Origin: Saccostrea cucullata
Taxonomy: Eukaryota
Assembly (NCBI RefSeq): GCF_032062105.1
Contig: NW_026929195.1
Span: 124,001 to 188,000 of the forward strand
Reading direction: 5' to 3'
DNA: 64,000 nt
Within the stretch, counting starts at the first letter, position 1; each line of letters opens with the position of its first letter. The translations under genes were made by a program, and so were the position numbers. Of this stretch, positions 24,179-37,600 are shown piece by piece. The notes under the pieces are model-generated. The model was not told where the DNA came from. It saw nothing but the letters and a program-made list of their open reading frames with translations, and made no database searches.

Positions 24179-25695
24179 TACAAGTTTTAATTCGTATTTT
24201 CGTGTGAAATGCTATATCAACATATAAGACATGACCTTATATGGAAATTTTGAGAAGATGTTAACTTCACTTCTGTGACTGCATGAGCACCTTTTTGACA
24301 ACGGAAACAAAACTTTTATTTTTTAAACAATGAGATTTTGTATTTTAATTCGAGTTATAATGTACAATGTTTAATTCGATGCATTAAACGACAGAAGATT
24401 TAAAAGATTTGTTGCAAAATCTTGAACTTCCTTTATAAATTTTGTGAGAATTAGAATTATTGATCAAGAGGGATCAAACAGGTCAACTTTATACATAAAA
24501 AATCGGAATAAGATTCTTTGTTTGGAAAAAAAAATCATCCAAATGTCTGACTCTTAGCAAGAGAAACTTATTCAAACCTTTCGAAGTAACATAAAACTTA
24601 CACCGTTTTATATTGATCATGAACCTCATATAAACGAAGGTTAAGATAATTTGATAACTTTCCAAGAAAAACGACCAAGTTCTTTTCTTCATTGTGTTTT
24701 TATTGAAACATTTATACTGACGTTCTGAGAGCTGGTGCAGCAATAGGAGGCAGATAAAACAGAGAAATCTCCTGACCATAAATCAGGAGTTAGCTCCCCT
24801 CATAACCATTCAGATAAAATGTGTTCTTCGTGTGATAGAATGTCACAGAATACGTCTAGCAAGATGTATTTGGTAAATTACGCAAAAGAAATGATTCCCA
24901 TTTAGTATTATCGGGCTCTGTGAGAATTAGAAATGGATGCAATTTGCCATCGCTATTTATCAGTCGCCGTAGCTGCAGAGTGGGAGGAATGAAGAAAGAG
25001 ATAGCACTAGGAAATAATTTACTGCAGACTACAGACTGCAAATAATTATTTCAATTTCATTGCATTACAAATAAAAGCAGTTAATTTTCTTGGAATGTTT
25101 TATGTTGGAGAAATTTATTAGAATTTGCTGCAGATTTTCTCTCATTGGAGCAGAATTATCAGAGGGTAGAATCTTATCTCAAAATTCGTTATTTATGGGA
25201 TCAAATTACACCAAAGTCAGAGAATTGATGAAATGACTGCATTCTAAACTGTTTAAACTATAAGAAATACATCTTGATGGGAATAAAAAATAAGTCCCAG
25301 GTAATCGGGTATGAAAGGTATTCTGAAAGATATACTGTAAGTGACAAATTACGATTTCTTCATATATAGAAATGTAAGATTTCTCTCCATGTTATCTGCT
25401 TAAGCCACCTTTCAACCTTCTTGTTTTTTATTTGAGAAAAGAAAATTGAAATACAAACATGCTATAGTATAAAAGATTTATGCATTACATTTCCATTGTA
25501 TTACCTCATTGAATTTATTTAAAATCAGATATTGAGAAACTTACAAAAGAAAAAAAAGTACAAACAAGCAAGCAAACTATATGTTTGTCAAAACCTGTAC
25601 GATAAGCACTTGTAAAGATACATTTTCTCAAAACTTTAAAAATAATATTGAGACCCAACACACGATTTATTGATAAGTGAATATAGATGCTATTA

Positions 25696-25755
25696 TGTAT
25701 TGTTTAATAATGGACTTTTGAGCTTAAATACTGTTTGTTGTCTCCATATATTCAT
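25696..25755 (+). mobile_element. Penelope-like extreme 3' tail only
   Basis: TGTATTGTTTAATAATGGACTTTTGAGCTTAAATACTGTTTGTTGTCTCCATATATTCAT. Confidence 0.65.
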
Positions 25756-26105
25756 TGTACATCTTAGTGTTAAAATTCCCTTGATGCACTCTGTAGAGAT
25801 TGATCCAGGGCATTGGCAACTCAGCAAGGCTAGCAGACAAAATACCATAGAAAATGTGATAGCGAACTTTATGTACTGGTGTTGGTATGTGATGCACCCA
25901 GTAATGATTGCGATATGCTAAATAACCACTCGTTTGTGCATGAATTAATGTTGGTATCGCTATTAATAATATTGATTATGGGTACAGAAAGTTGACAGAG
26001 ATAGAAGAAAGTGTACGTTAAAGAACATTAAGTCTTACGAAAAATACGACTTGATATTTTTTGTATTTTTATGTTGGTAAGTGTGTAGGTAGGTGTTTGT
26101 TTACA

Positions 26106-26752
26106 TTTTCTTCAAAACCGTTGCACCTACTGAAATGAAATTTGGTATACAGATATATCACATGAATATCTAGGTCGAGTTCTGTTTTGGGTATGATCAC
26201 ATCATTTTTGTCAGAGTTATGCCCCTTGGACTTAGAAAAAATTCAATTATTTGCCATTTCCGTTCATTTTCTTTGCAACCATTGTACATATTGAAATGAA
26301 ATTTGGTATACAGATATATCAAATAAATATCTAGGTCGAGTTCTGTTTTGGGTACGATCGCACCATCCTTGACAGAGTTATGCCCATTGAACTTTAGAAA
26401 AAATTAAATTATTTGCCGTTTCCGTTCATTTTCTTTGCAACCGTTGTACATATTGAAATGAAATTTGGTATACAGATATATCAAATAAATATCTAGTTCT
26501 GTTTTTAAATCTTTGACAAGTTATGCCCCTTGGATTAGAAAAAATCCAATTATTTGCCGTTTCCGTTCATTTTCTTTGCAACCGTTGTACATATTGAAAT
26601 GAAATTTGGTATACAGATATATCAAATAAATATCTAGGTCGAGTTTTGTTTTGGGTACAATCGCGTAATTTTTGACAGAGTTATACCCCTTGGACTTGGA
26701 AAAATTCCAATTTGGGGGGAGGGGGGCATAAGTGTTTTACAAACATCTCTTG
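26106..26752. mobile_element. One-ended Helentron-like element with ~4 satellite units of ~161 bp, flanked by 45-bp direct repeats
   Basis: TGAAATGAAATTTGGTATACAG recurs at 26131, 26292, 26454 and 26595. The insert ends in GGGGGGCATAAGTGTTTTACAAACATCTCTTG. Identical 45-mers sit at 26061-26105 and 26753-26797. Confidence 0.8.
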
Positions 26753-26859
26753 TTGTATTTTTATGTTGGTAAGTGTGTAGGTAGGTGTTTGTTTACAAAT
26801 AAAGAAACTGAAATCATTGTTGAGAACTTCTCGCGTATAACTGTACTGTTGACTAAAAG

Positions 26860-27005
26860 TAACATGCTCACTCCCCTATGACACTTGATCCTATCTCTGA
26901 TGCTTTAATTTGAGGTTCATGTTTGCTTTGTTGCTGATTTGTATTGTTTCATTGAACTTTTAAACTTTAAACTTGAATACAGTATGCTATATCTATATTT
27001 CATGA
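26860..27005 (+). mobile_element. Penelope-like 3' end remnant
   Basis: ATGCTCACTCCCCTATGACACTTGATCCTATCTCTGATG...TGAGGTTCATGTTTGC...TATTTCAT. Confidence 0.7.
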
Positions 27006-27070
27006 TAAAGATCTTTTGATATGTTTATTATACATCAATTTAAATTTCGAAATTACCTTATTATCTAATT

Positions 27071-27266
27071 ATTGATTGATTGATTGTATATTGTTTAACG
27101 TCCCTCTCGAGAATTTTCACTCATATGGAGACGCCACCACTTGCCGTTGGAGAGCTGCAAAAATGTCCTATGCTCGGCACTCAGGACCATTGAGCAGGGG
27201 AGGATCTTTTTCGTGCCAGCACCTACTCCGACACGGGACCTCGATTTATACGGTCTTATTCGTAGG
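27071..27266 (-). mobile_element. 5'-truncated SINE, family of 48058
   Basis: (GATT)n tail and a near-colinear match to the reverse complement of 48170-48352. Confidence 0.85.
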
Positions 27267-27269
27267 GGC

Positions 27270-27400
27270 ATCAAGGGACCACTTGAAATCTCAGAGGTTG
27301 GATCAGGTGCCTAGGAGGATTAAGTATCCTTGTTGACTAATCACACGAGTCATGTGCCCAAGAAATTGCTTAAGGAAACGTTGCGTAGTCAGGTCTATAA
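27270..27400 (-). mobile_element. Penelope-like 3' segment, second variant
   Basis: GGACCACTTGAAATCTCAGAGGTTGGATCAGGTGCCTAGGAGG...ATCACAC. Confidence 0.65.
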
Positions 27401-29180
27401 CAATGTAGTTTCTAAATCCCCTTGATTCCGCCTTAACGTTTACGTGGTTTATTTAACCGCGGAACAAGAGGAAATCAATTACATTTACAAAATTCGACAA
27501 AGACATTTGATAGATTATATTTGCTTAAAAAATTCAAAAAAAAAAAAAAAAACAAAAAACACACAAAACAAACGAAATGCTGACTTTTAATGAGGTTGTT
27601 GAAAGCCATGTAATATCAGATTATCAATGAGTTAAAATTAGTATTGAACGCGCTCAGAGCAAGCAGTTGATCGTGTGTAAGCAAACTGGGACACACAACA
27701 AAAATAAGAAGAAGAAAGAGAAATGATTCTACATTAGAAATAAATGTTGAAGGAAATAATTTTTTTCATACATGATAATTGAATATGTACTTTGGTCCTT
27801 ATCGTCATTAGTCAGTAAAACATCCAAATATGAAATAGATGTGGCAAACACTTTGGTGCCTTTTATTTCAAATTCACAAGTGATTTTTTCCCACCAGTAC
27901 GTACTCTGTCATTTTTGACATCTGTTGAAAAAGTATTTTATCATAATTGTGTTCAACTTTTATTTCTATTTTTTAAAGAGATAAGAAAGATTTCTTTTAA
28001 AATCTATCTATATGCAAATGCTTACAGTAAAATCCATTCAAGAAAGAAGTCACACGTTGTAAGTATCTCTCGGGATTTTATCTACCTTGCTCAATTAAAC
28101 AGAAGTTGATATTAACATATGCACTGTGGTTTAGTGAGTAGTGAATAGAGCTATCAAGTCTGTGCGTAAAATCCATTGGAATTTTCGTATCATTAGATGA
28201 TTGATTGAGTATTTATACAATGAAAATATTAATATCCAGATGTTGTATTGACCAGTACGTAAATTTTGTGATAATTCTGAGGATTTGGATTGCTTTTAAA
28301 AAGGTAGGAAATTGAAAATCACTTTATCTGGAACAATTGTAGACTATGGTTTATGTATGGCTAATATTAAAACATTTTACAAGGAAAAAGCGGGCAAGTT
28401 TATCCAATTCTAAGCGCTTAGAGTAAGTGCAATGGAACTTTAAATATTGTCTCGGCTTGATACATTTGTCGTGTAAAGGCTTAATCAAAAGGGCATGCAA
28501 AATAATTTAAAAGAAAAGAAGCCTTATAATCATGGGTTAGAAATAAAATATATTTTAAACTGATTTGGACACAACCATAAATAGTGGCAGGATCAGTGTA
28601 GTGGTGTCTGAAGTGATTACTATGGACATATATCTAATTCAGATGCGACAATTTACGTCCCATTGGGATTCATCCGCGGTCATTGACAGAAATCGGAATT
28701 CAACAACCGACCGAGTTTAAATTCTTGTTACATTTTGCTTTTTATGGTATTCAGCTGTTTTGATGAATGACCCCAGATTGAGATTATTTCATTGATCAGT
28801 AAAATGAATTTAAATAAAAGAAAGTGTCAAGACGATAGTAACAAATGTCTTCACACAGTAGTACTCAACGTTTTCTTGTGTATGTGTGCACGCATGAAAC
28901 TGTTTTTTTTTTTTTTTTGACATATAGTCCCTCTTTCTATTAACGTGAACATGACTCAATAATTAATAATTTTATTTTACTTATTAGCGTTTAAATTACT
29001 ACTTACGAGTTCATGTTTATATACATGTAGGATGGTACACGAAAACAAAATCGAACAAAAAGTATCTTTGGGGTCAGCTGACTTTGTCATACAAAAATTT
29101 TCTTAAAAAAGTGGTAAATATTTAGAGGAATAGTCCCGAGTACACTGCGTTTTTTTAAAGTTTAATATATGAGTATGATT

Positions 29181-29638
29181 TTATCCTTCATAGAAAAACA
29201 TTTGAACTTTATTTGACATGTATGGAGAATGATACAAACCTTTTTCCATATCACATTCTGTATCAGCCCGGGTCCCAAATATCGAGGCCGAGGGCTGATA
29301 CAAGATGTGATTTGGAAAAGGTAATGTTTATCGTGATTATTACTTATTACTTTGTAATAAAATACACCATGCAACATGTTTAAAAAACAAATATATATGC
29401 ACTGACTACTGACATGTACCTGTACGTAGCTATAGCTTATTGTAAACGTATCAAAGAATGAAAATTACGAGAATATGAAATAAAAATGTGTAATGTCATA
29501 GGGGTGTGAAATAGATCTGTATCATCCCCGCAGATAAATATCAGCCCTGCAATGCTGATACGGCTATTGTGACGTTAGGCATATCGTATATGCAAAAATT
29601 CCTGTTTTTACATTTGTGTATTACCAAGTATGTAATAA
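29181..29638. mobile_element. Palindrome-containing non-autonomous element (Crypton-like organisation)
   Basis: An ~85-bp imperfect hairpin at 29238-29322 (ACCTTTTTCCATATCACA..TGTATCAGCCC / GGGCTGATACA..TGTGATTTGGAAAAGGT). The ends are weakly inverted, TTATCCTTCATAG / GTATGTAATAA. Confidence 0.5.
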
Positions 29639-30799
29639 ATATAAATAATACAATATTAAATTTAATTTCAAAACGAGGAATCGTAAGCATGTTACTTTTT
29701 AAAGAAGAATCTTAAGAATAATTGTATGAATATCACTGTACTTGAAAACTTGTACTTCTATTCATTTTTAAGAGAAAAAAAAAGTTTTTCTTTTTTTTTT
29801 TTTTTAACACCTACATGTACTGTCTCCCAATTTTTTGTCAGTTTTATCCCCCAAGTTACACAAGCTGTGTCATTACGACAACATCATCATTTTTCATCAA
29901 TAATAAAAAATAACGTTTTTTTTTATAAAAAATATAACAATCGTTAAAAATGAAATTGTTCATACACGTATTACGTTTCCTCTAGCAAGAACAGCTGTTC
30001 ATTGACATTAAAAAGCGTTGTTCTATCTAAAAGGTACATCTATGCAATTAAAAAGCAGCATATTTTAGATGAATACAGTGTACATGATCTTGGAAACTTG
30101 GCCATTTTTATGACTGTGCTTTCTAAGGATTGCACTGTAACATAACAATACGATTACCATGATTTAAAAAACGGTTAAATTTTAGAATCCGAATTTAGAT
30201 GTTCTAGAATATTTGACCAAGGGCGAATTATCTAACAAAGCAAATAAACACAAGTAAAATAAGGAAGTGTTCTGCGTGATTCATTGTATTTGCTTGGATT
30301 CCAGTCATACTGCTAAAAGAATTTTATTGAATTTGTTTAAATTTAATATGCTTTCAATTAAGTTAAATGTCAGCTTTCTGAATCATTGTTGTTCTGGCAA
30401 CCTTAGACTAGTTTCATCTCTGGTGTCAGGAAGATCTATGTCATCATTAATGCACGAGAACTCATTGTGTACATAAAGATGCATCATTTTCCGGATTGCC
30501 CAAAGATATCGCGATGCATTTTAATTTCATATAAAACTCCAGTACAATTCATTTTGCAAAGTTATCAGTTTCCATGTTCGCTTTGTATTAATCGCTATGA
30601 TTCCTCTATGAATTTGAAATTGAAACGGAGAAATGAATATAATAGAAATACAATGTATAATGGGAAGAAACGTTTGGATTACATGTACATGTACGTTCTT
30701 TACCTAAAAGCTAGCCGCTCGCGAAAAGTAGAGGTTATAGAGCATTTTTCTCTAGAGTCGAGGAATATAAGGAAATGATCCTGCTTCGCGATCGCGAGA

Positions 30800-30945
30800 T
30801 CCAGATTGGGACATGGAGACTTGTCCTTCGGATGAGATTATCTGAATTGAGGTCCCTTGTGGCAGAAGGTGTTGATACGAAAAAGATCCCTTACTGCTCT
30901 ATGGTCCGAGTTGCTGGAGATTATAGGTCTAAATTTGCAACACTC
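30800..30945 (+). mobile_element. SINE internal remnant (Deu/Nin-like core)
   Basis: GTCCTTCGGATGAGA...GAGGTCCCTTGTGGCAGAAGGTGTTGATACGAAAAAGATCCCT, colinear with 48150-48280. Confidence 0.7.
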
Positions 30946-33870
30946 AACTCTTAGTTTTGGTTTTGTAAAAATGTCTACTGTATTTCTGAAAAATCAATAT
31001 CACTGATTTTTTGCAATGATAATTTGTTACATATATATTGCACGAAAAAAATCTCCCTCTCCCCCCCCCCCCTCTCTCTCTAAATTACAGAAGAAAGATA
31101 CAGATAATGAAGAAAGATATAGATAATATTCACCAAACTTTCAGCTGCTTAATAATTAAAATCAAAATTTTGTTTAAACCTATTCTTCAAACTTTTAAAA
31201 AAAACTTTAAAGGAATTTAAACCCATTTATTCTGCTTTCAGAATATTTCCAGCTCGAAAAACATAATATGGTGGTTTGACAATGGATTTTTGGCTTAAAG
31301 ACTATTAAGGATTTAGTACCAGGAAGTAACAGACGTGTAACAGTTGATAACAATGAAAAAGTCTTATATCACCCTATAAATGATTGTTCTAGCACCGTAT
31401 GGACCTTTATTTGAAAAGAAGTGGTCATTTAGAATTAAAAAAAAATCATGGCCTACTAATGTAAATATTCCCTCTGCTGTTTTGCTATTTTTATTTTGGA
31501 AGGAATGGGTTTAACATATATGCTAGTATACGTTTCTGTGAATAAAAGTATACAGTAAATAGAATTTCATGTATTTTGTTTACACACAGTAAAAAAGTAA
31601 GTCAAACGATGTCACAAACAGTTTTTGAAGACAAAAACCCGCATGCTTCAGAGAGGGGTTGACAACACTAAGTTATGACTGATTTAAAAAATAAATTACG
31701 ATGTATTGATCCCGTTTACTATTTAAAAGTAAAATTTCTATGAATTTGATTATAACAGGGTGTCACATAACAAGGCTGGTTTTTTTGTTTGAAAAAATAA
31801 TTTAGGATTACCAATAAAAATGCTAAATATTGTATATCATAACAAAAAAGGGTTAAACAACTCATTTTTACTTATAATTTCTCTGCCATAGCCAAAAAAA
31901 AAATTTTGCACTGCGTAATTTGAATGTCCCATTTAATGCAGTGAATTGAATTTTCTCACTGCTTTAACGAAATTGTAAGTGGCATTAACGGTTGTTACAT
32001 ATAAAATTGATTATTAACTTATCAAAATTTAAAAAAAATAATGATTTACAGGCATATGATAACATCTGTGTCAAAAAATTCACGAATTTTGAAAATTTGC
32101 CATTTTTGCATTTAATTGTGCAATTCAAAACACACAATTCCTAAATGCTGAACATCAAATTCCTGACTGATATACACACTTATGCCCATTATAAATCACA
32201 CATAGACAATGCCTTAAACTGTTGTCATTAGTTAAATATTTGAAAAAACGAAGTTTGCACGTTACAGTGAATTACGTTATGACCAATTTTCTTTTTGTTA
32301 TAAAAGAATCCTAACTAGGAGCAAAATTACCATGAATCTTTATTCAATGCCATCACTTATCATATAGGAACTTATAGAAAGGAAAACACGGGTCTAATGC
32401 AGCGGTTTAAAAACTATCTTAAAACTGAAAATTTTATTTTTAAATAAATAAGACTATTTCATCGTTCATAGTGTTATAGGAATTTCGTTTTGAAAATGAA
32501 GGATATATTTCTACTAAGATATCATAAATTTCGCTCGGTGTTTACATCAGGCAAGGTCTGTATAATAGTGTAACATAATCCACAACAGTGTAACGTAATT
32601 CACAGATTACATAATTACAGTTTTAATCTTAGATAATGACTAAAATGATTAATGCTGAGCCCCAAAAGAAATGTCGAGGGTAGGTGAAGGCCAAAGAAGG
32701 AGATAACTACCTGGAAAAAGAGGTCTAACGTGTAAAATTAAGTTTTATGTACCAACTTCAGAATTAACCCAAAAATCGCCTCATCTCAGTACAGGAATAA
32801 ACAGATCTTTTTGATAGTAAAAGGGTCTAGAAAAGGTCCAAAATTTGTTGAAAGAACTAAATAGAACACACTTAAATAAGAAAATTCTCCTTACTTTAAA
32901 CATTTATTTCCATATTGACACTTACAATCTGGTATGTGAATATATATAATGCAGATTGATTTTGAAATATAATTTGATGCTTAATCCCACCAAACTTCTC
33001 TCTCAGAAATCGTGTAGATATAATGTTTAAATCATCTGTAATAGGTACATGTACCGATAGTAATTCTGCACTTTCAGAATATACAGCTTTTGATTTCATC
33101 TGAAAAATACCAAGGTGTGTGAAATATGATGTTTTACAATGATAACAATCTAGATATATATAATTATGATGTCTATTGCAAAGATATTGCAATATTTATA
33201 ATCATTTTCTGTATTCTAATTTGTAAAAATGGTGTTGTTCAACCAATAATAATCATTAGTTTTTCATTTTAAGGATGAATGTGAATTACGTTACAAAGAA
33301 TGGATTTTTGTTCAAAATAAACGTTAACTTTGAATTCCAAAATGGATTATATAAAAGGTATACATCTGCAAACACATACAAACTTCTTTGTTAATCTGAG
33401 TATGCGAGTTTAAACAAAGAAAAAATAAGATGTCATTTTCTCAAAATCCATATTATTAATTTTTCGTATATACATTAACTGTGTGTAAATATGGAATATT
33501 TTTGAATATATGGTAAATTTTCAATTACACTGCGGTTTTTAATTGGATAGTTATATATAACTCTATCAAATACAACTACTTGAAACACCATTTTGAATCT
33601 ACAATAATAATGTATTTAATTTTTTTGGTAACACCTTAAGAAATAACGTAATTCACTGCTAAAATTACATTGTATTTGTTCCATATGTGTGCAGAATATA
33701 ATACCCCCTTTCAAGATATATGTGTTTTCTGATCATTCGAATATTGTTCTATCAAAATCAAAACATTTCCTTTGTTTTCTGAGTTGAAAATCTTCAGCCG
33801 TTTTTTGAAACTGTTTGGGGCACTTTAACTGACTTTGGATGATTGTTATTAGGCAATGTAACTATAAATA

Positions 33871-34099
33871 CCGTTTAAGCAATATTTTTACTTAAAGAGG
33901 ATTTAATTTTGGCATTATTACCGAGAGTACTGAGATCGCTAAATGTGAATATCGCTAAATATAAATGGCGTTTTAATCGAATCGCTTCTTTAATGAGCGT
34001 TTTAAAACCGCTAAAATTACTTTTCGCTTAAAATGAAATACTCTTTTTAAAGCGAAATCTTTAAATTTGCCTCTCACTAATATTTTCACATTTGACAAG
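33871..34099. mobile_element. Older copy of the 23953 MITE
   Basis: TACCGTTTAAGC...GAGGATTTAATTTTGGCATTATTA...GATCGCTAAA...GAGCGTTTTAAAA, colinear with 23953-24178. Confidence 0.8.
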
Positions 34100-34234
34100 T
34101 ATAATTATAATTTTTGATCGGAAAAATGTGGTACTTTTTTCGTTATTTTTTTTCCATTATATTCTCATAATTCTTATGTAGTATGAATTAGAGACTTTTT
34201 TCCAAAGTACTGAGTACAACTCAGATACTTTTTG

Positions 34235-34462
34235 TACTTGTTTATTTAACAATTTTTCACTCACATTGAGACGCCACTTGCCGGTGGAGGGTTGTGAATT
34301 AATACCTATACTTATAATCAGGGCCATTAGGAAGAGAGGGAGCACTTTTTGCGAAACCTCGATTTATATGGTATACAGTGGGGTTTAAACTTGCGACGAA
34401 AAGATCGTCTTTTTTCTCCGCGACTCTAGAGAAACACCCTAACCACTGCGCCACACGGGCGA
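34235..34462 (-). mobile_element. SINE of the 48058 family with an internal deletion
   Basis: Minus strand GTCGCCCGTGTGGCGCAGTGGTTAG...CCACCGGCAAGTGGCGTCTCAATGTGAGTGAAAAATTG. Confidence 0.8.
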
Positions 34463-36067
34463 CAAGATACATTTTAGAAAAGGACAAAATGTTTGTTTAC
34501 AACATACGATATAATTTATGAAAATTTTCTTAGATTAGAACAGAAGCTGCAAGCTCGTCTTTGTGTACCCAGTCAACAGGGAATGCTTAAAGTCCTTGAT
34601 ACTAGTACTTTATAGATGTTTTAAGATAAATGTATTATATGTAGGATTAAAAATTTGATAGTAACATCACAGTTTGTTATTTTACCATTGTCCCTTATAT
34701 TTTCTCTACACGACTCTAAATGAAGAAAGAAGAAATTGTTACATGCTATAGTAAAAAGTATGAATAAATATATGTGAGAAAAGAAAGCTTTTATATACAT
34801 ACCCGTTAAAATATACTGGTACATATGTTTTATCCGTTGAATTTTTGAAATCATATGCATATTGTATGCATAAGGGCGAATCAAGAAGATGGTGCGTCTG
34901 TCCGTTGAAACAGCAACTCCTCATTGATGAATCTTTTCTTATATGAACTGAGGCAACGTACTAGTAAACATATAATCTTATTGAGGAAAAATTTTCTTTT
35001 CAATTAAGAGTTAAGAGTTATCTCTCGCTGCAGAGAACAACAATGCTTTCTGGGATTTCTGGAATCCTATAATTAAGTGGATGCCAACCATCTCGGACTC
35101 AGTGATGTGCTTGTTTACGTAATCACAATGTAAATGAATGAAATTTGCCAAATAACTAACATAGTTAACGATAAATAACTTATAGAAGTCAAAATTCATC
35201 GATTTATTCTCATGTTTGATAATCAAACACCAGGAGGGTAAAGCACTTGGGACGAGTTAAGCACCATTTTATCTACATTTGGAAAGACTTTAGTTTTAGA
35301 CGGAAATTTTATTACGTTTTCGATAGCGCTCTTCTTTACACTTTTATTCCTTTGCCAGACTTATTTTATCAGCACGTCGCGAGATTATATGTAGAAAGCT
35401 TCACTAATAGAATGTCTAACATCTACTCCACAACCTTGATAACGTATGAATAGGGAGAAATTCAATTAATGATTTGTTCACGTTAACATTTTCCGTTTCC
35501 TGTTACATTAACTGTGTTATTATGTCATCCCCGTAGTAAATATTGAATAGGGCACATTAGTTTAAGTTTTTAAAAAAGTACCGAACAATCACTTATTCGA
35601 AAATTGTTCGTGGGGATTTGATACAGTTGTTGAAGTGTACCGATTATAATTTTTAAATATATTATCAAAATCTAACTTTTCATGGAAGACATGAATATGA
35701 GTTCATCGATTCTTCAAAAAAAAAAAAAAAAGAAGTACGTTTCCTTCCCCATTATAAAAACTTCACAATAACAATGGTTACAGTTTGGTGATACATATGA
35801 AGCTAAGTTGCAACGCATTCCATTCTTACAACACCTCTGCCAATTGAATTTTCTTTATGAGATTAAAATGATGAGAAAAAATCTATCTGTTGGAATTTCG
35901 GTAACAATTCGTGGCCCGTTTCTTTTAAAAACATACATGTATTTTGGTATTCATATGAAAAAGAATTTCTTAAAAAAAAAAAAAAACTCCGGCTGAAATA
36001 AAGAAGTCTTTGCTTGACTTAACTTGACTTGAACATTTCTTCATTTATAACGACGGTGGTTTCAACA

Positions 36068-36164
36068 ATGAATATAATTTTTGAGAACATGAATTACGAC
36101 GCTTCACGTCTGCTTATTTCATGAAGCGCGTACGCTTCATGAAATTCTCAAAAATTAAATTCAT
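36068..36164. repeat. Nested palindrome (short palindromic element)
   Basis: Outer arms ATGAATATAATTTTTGAGAA / TTCTCAAAAATTAAATTCAT, with an inner perfect hairpin ATTTCATGAAGCG-CGTA-CGCTTCATGAAAT (36116-36145). Confidence 0.75.
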
Positions 36165-36349
36165 TTCTTATATCAGCATAATTCTCTGTGTACTTGATGG
36201 CTTTTGGGGGATTAAAAAGCGTTAACTGACCCAAAACCAAACTCATTAATTAGTTTTATCACAATAGAAAGATTCTTACTCATACTCCTTAAGTTCATGA
36301 GAACATGACCTTTTCTTCTTTGCAAAGAAACTTAAGGGAAAAAAAAATT

Positions 36350-37600
36350 AAAAATGTGAAAAAAAAATGGAGATAACGAACAGTATACAGAGAAGAGTTA
36401 ACGCGGACCTCAAAAATAGAGGTGGGGTAAAGTTCTATGAAGAAGTGAGCATTCCCTAGGCCTGCTGACCGGTCACACCCGCCGTGTGCTCCTTGTTGTG
36501 ATAAGGAAATAAGGAAAAATCTGTATATGATAGCCTGACAATCAGTATGGAAAACGTCAGTAAGCATTTGATTTAATGATAAGTTTTATATGATGACAAG
36601 GTCATTGTATCGACCATAGAGCTAACAGAATGATGAATAATCGAGACTGCTATTGTTGTTTCAGGAACTTGGTCGTCCATATTTTACCTCGTTTTAGAAA
36701 TTGCTCTTGCGTATAGAATCTAGTGAGAGATATAAGCCCCGTATATTGCTGCATAAGTAAGAGAAGTTGCCGATTGAAAAGTTAAAATCATCACATTTAT
36801 CATAAAGCTTTGTTGTAATATTACCATCAACGTCTTTTCAAGTAAAATATCTAAACAGTATGAAACAGATGTTTCAGACTCTGTGGTATCTTTTATTTCA
36901 AGCTCACGGGGATATTTTACATCGACTTAAGAATGGAAATAACCATTGACAGTATGTTGTCGATTTATTATAATGTCGATTTGAAGGCCATAACAAGTGT
37001 TTTCTTCTTTTCACTTATAAGATTTTGGAAAAAGCTTTAAGTGAATACAAAAATAGGTATGTTTAAATAGGGTGCAATCGGTACCTATGCGAATTCTAAT
37101 AGATTGTTGGAAGACCTGGTATCCATAAACCACGTATATATTGTCACTCAAAATCTCAAGCATCTTCTTACTATCAATTTAAGAGTAATTGTGTGTACAT
37201 TTAGAATGTTTAATCAAGTTCCATTTTTAAAAAAAAGAAAAGCAGCTGTCAATAAAAAAACCTGGACTTAATTTATCGTGAGGATCGGTTGTATATAGTA
37301 AGTTTTTATGTTTTTCATATTGATAAAATTTTGTGATTTCAATTTTTTTCAAATCTTCCTTGGATGTTTTAACAATTCATTTCTGATTTACACCACTTCT
37401 CGAATAAATTGTTGCATAGCACTCCTGAATTTTCTCCTTCACTACTGTAAATATTTACGTGCGGGGTAAAGAATGATGTTTGGTAGAACATTTACTAGAA
37501 TATCCGCTTTGTTTCTGTTTTATAATTTTAAGGACTTTTTTGATGTATTGAATCCACTATAGATATGGTAATTAGAATTCATTCTGGTTGTATTATATTA
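36350..37600 (-). pseudogene. Long Penelope-like (Naiad-type) copy: decayed RT from motif 1 to the C-terminus, plus 3' UTR
   Basis: On the minus strand: LPYL*WI.., SSKCSTK, VKEK..IYSRSGVNQ, LYTT.PHDKLS, QVFQQSI, ELEIKDTTESE, DKCDDFNFSI. The ORF track 36295-36567 begins MLTDVFHTDC, the family C-terminus. Confidence 0.88.

Noticed and set aside
26106-26752. CRISPR-like array
   Set aside because: The units are contiguous ~161-bp satellite monomers without unique spacers. The context is eukaryotic and there are no cas genes.
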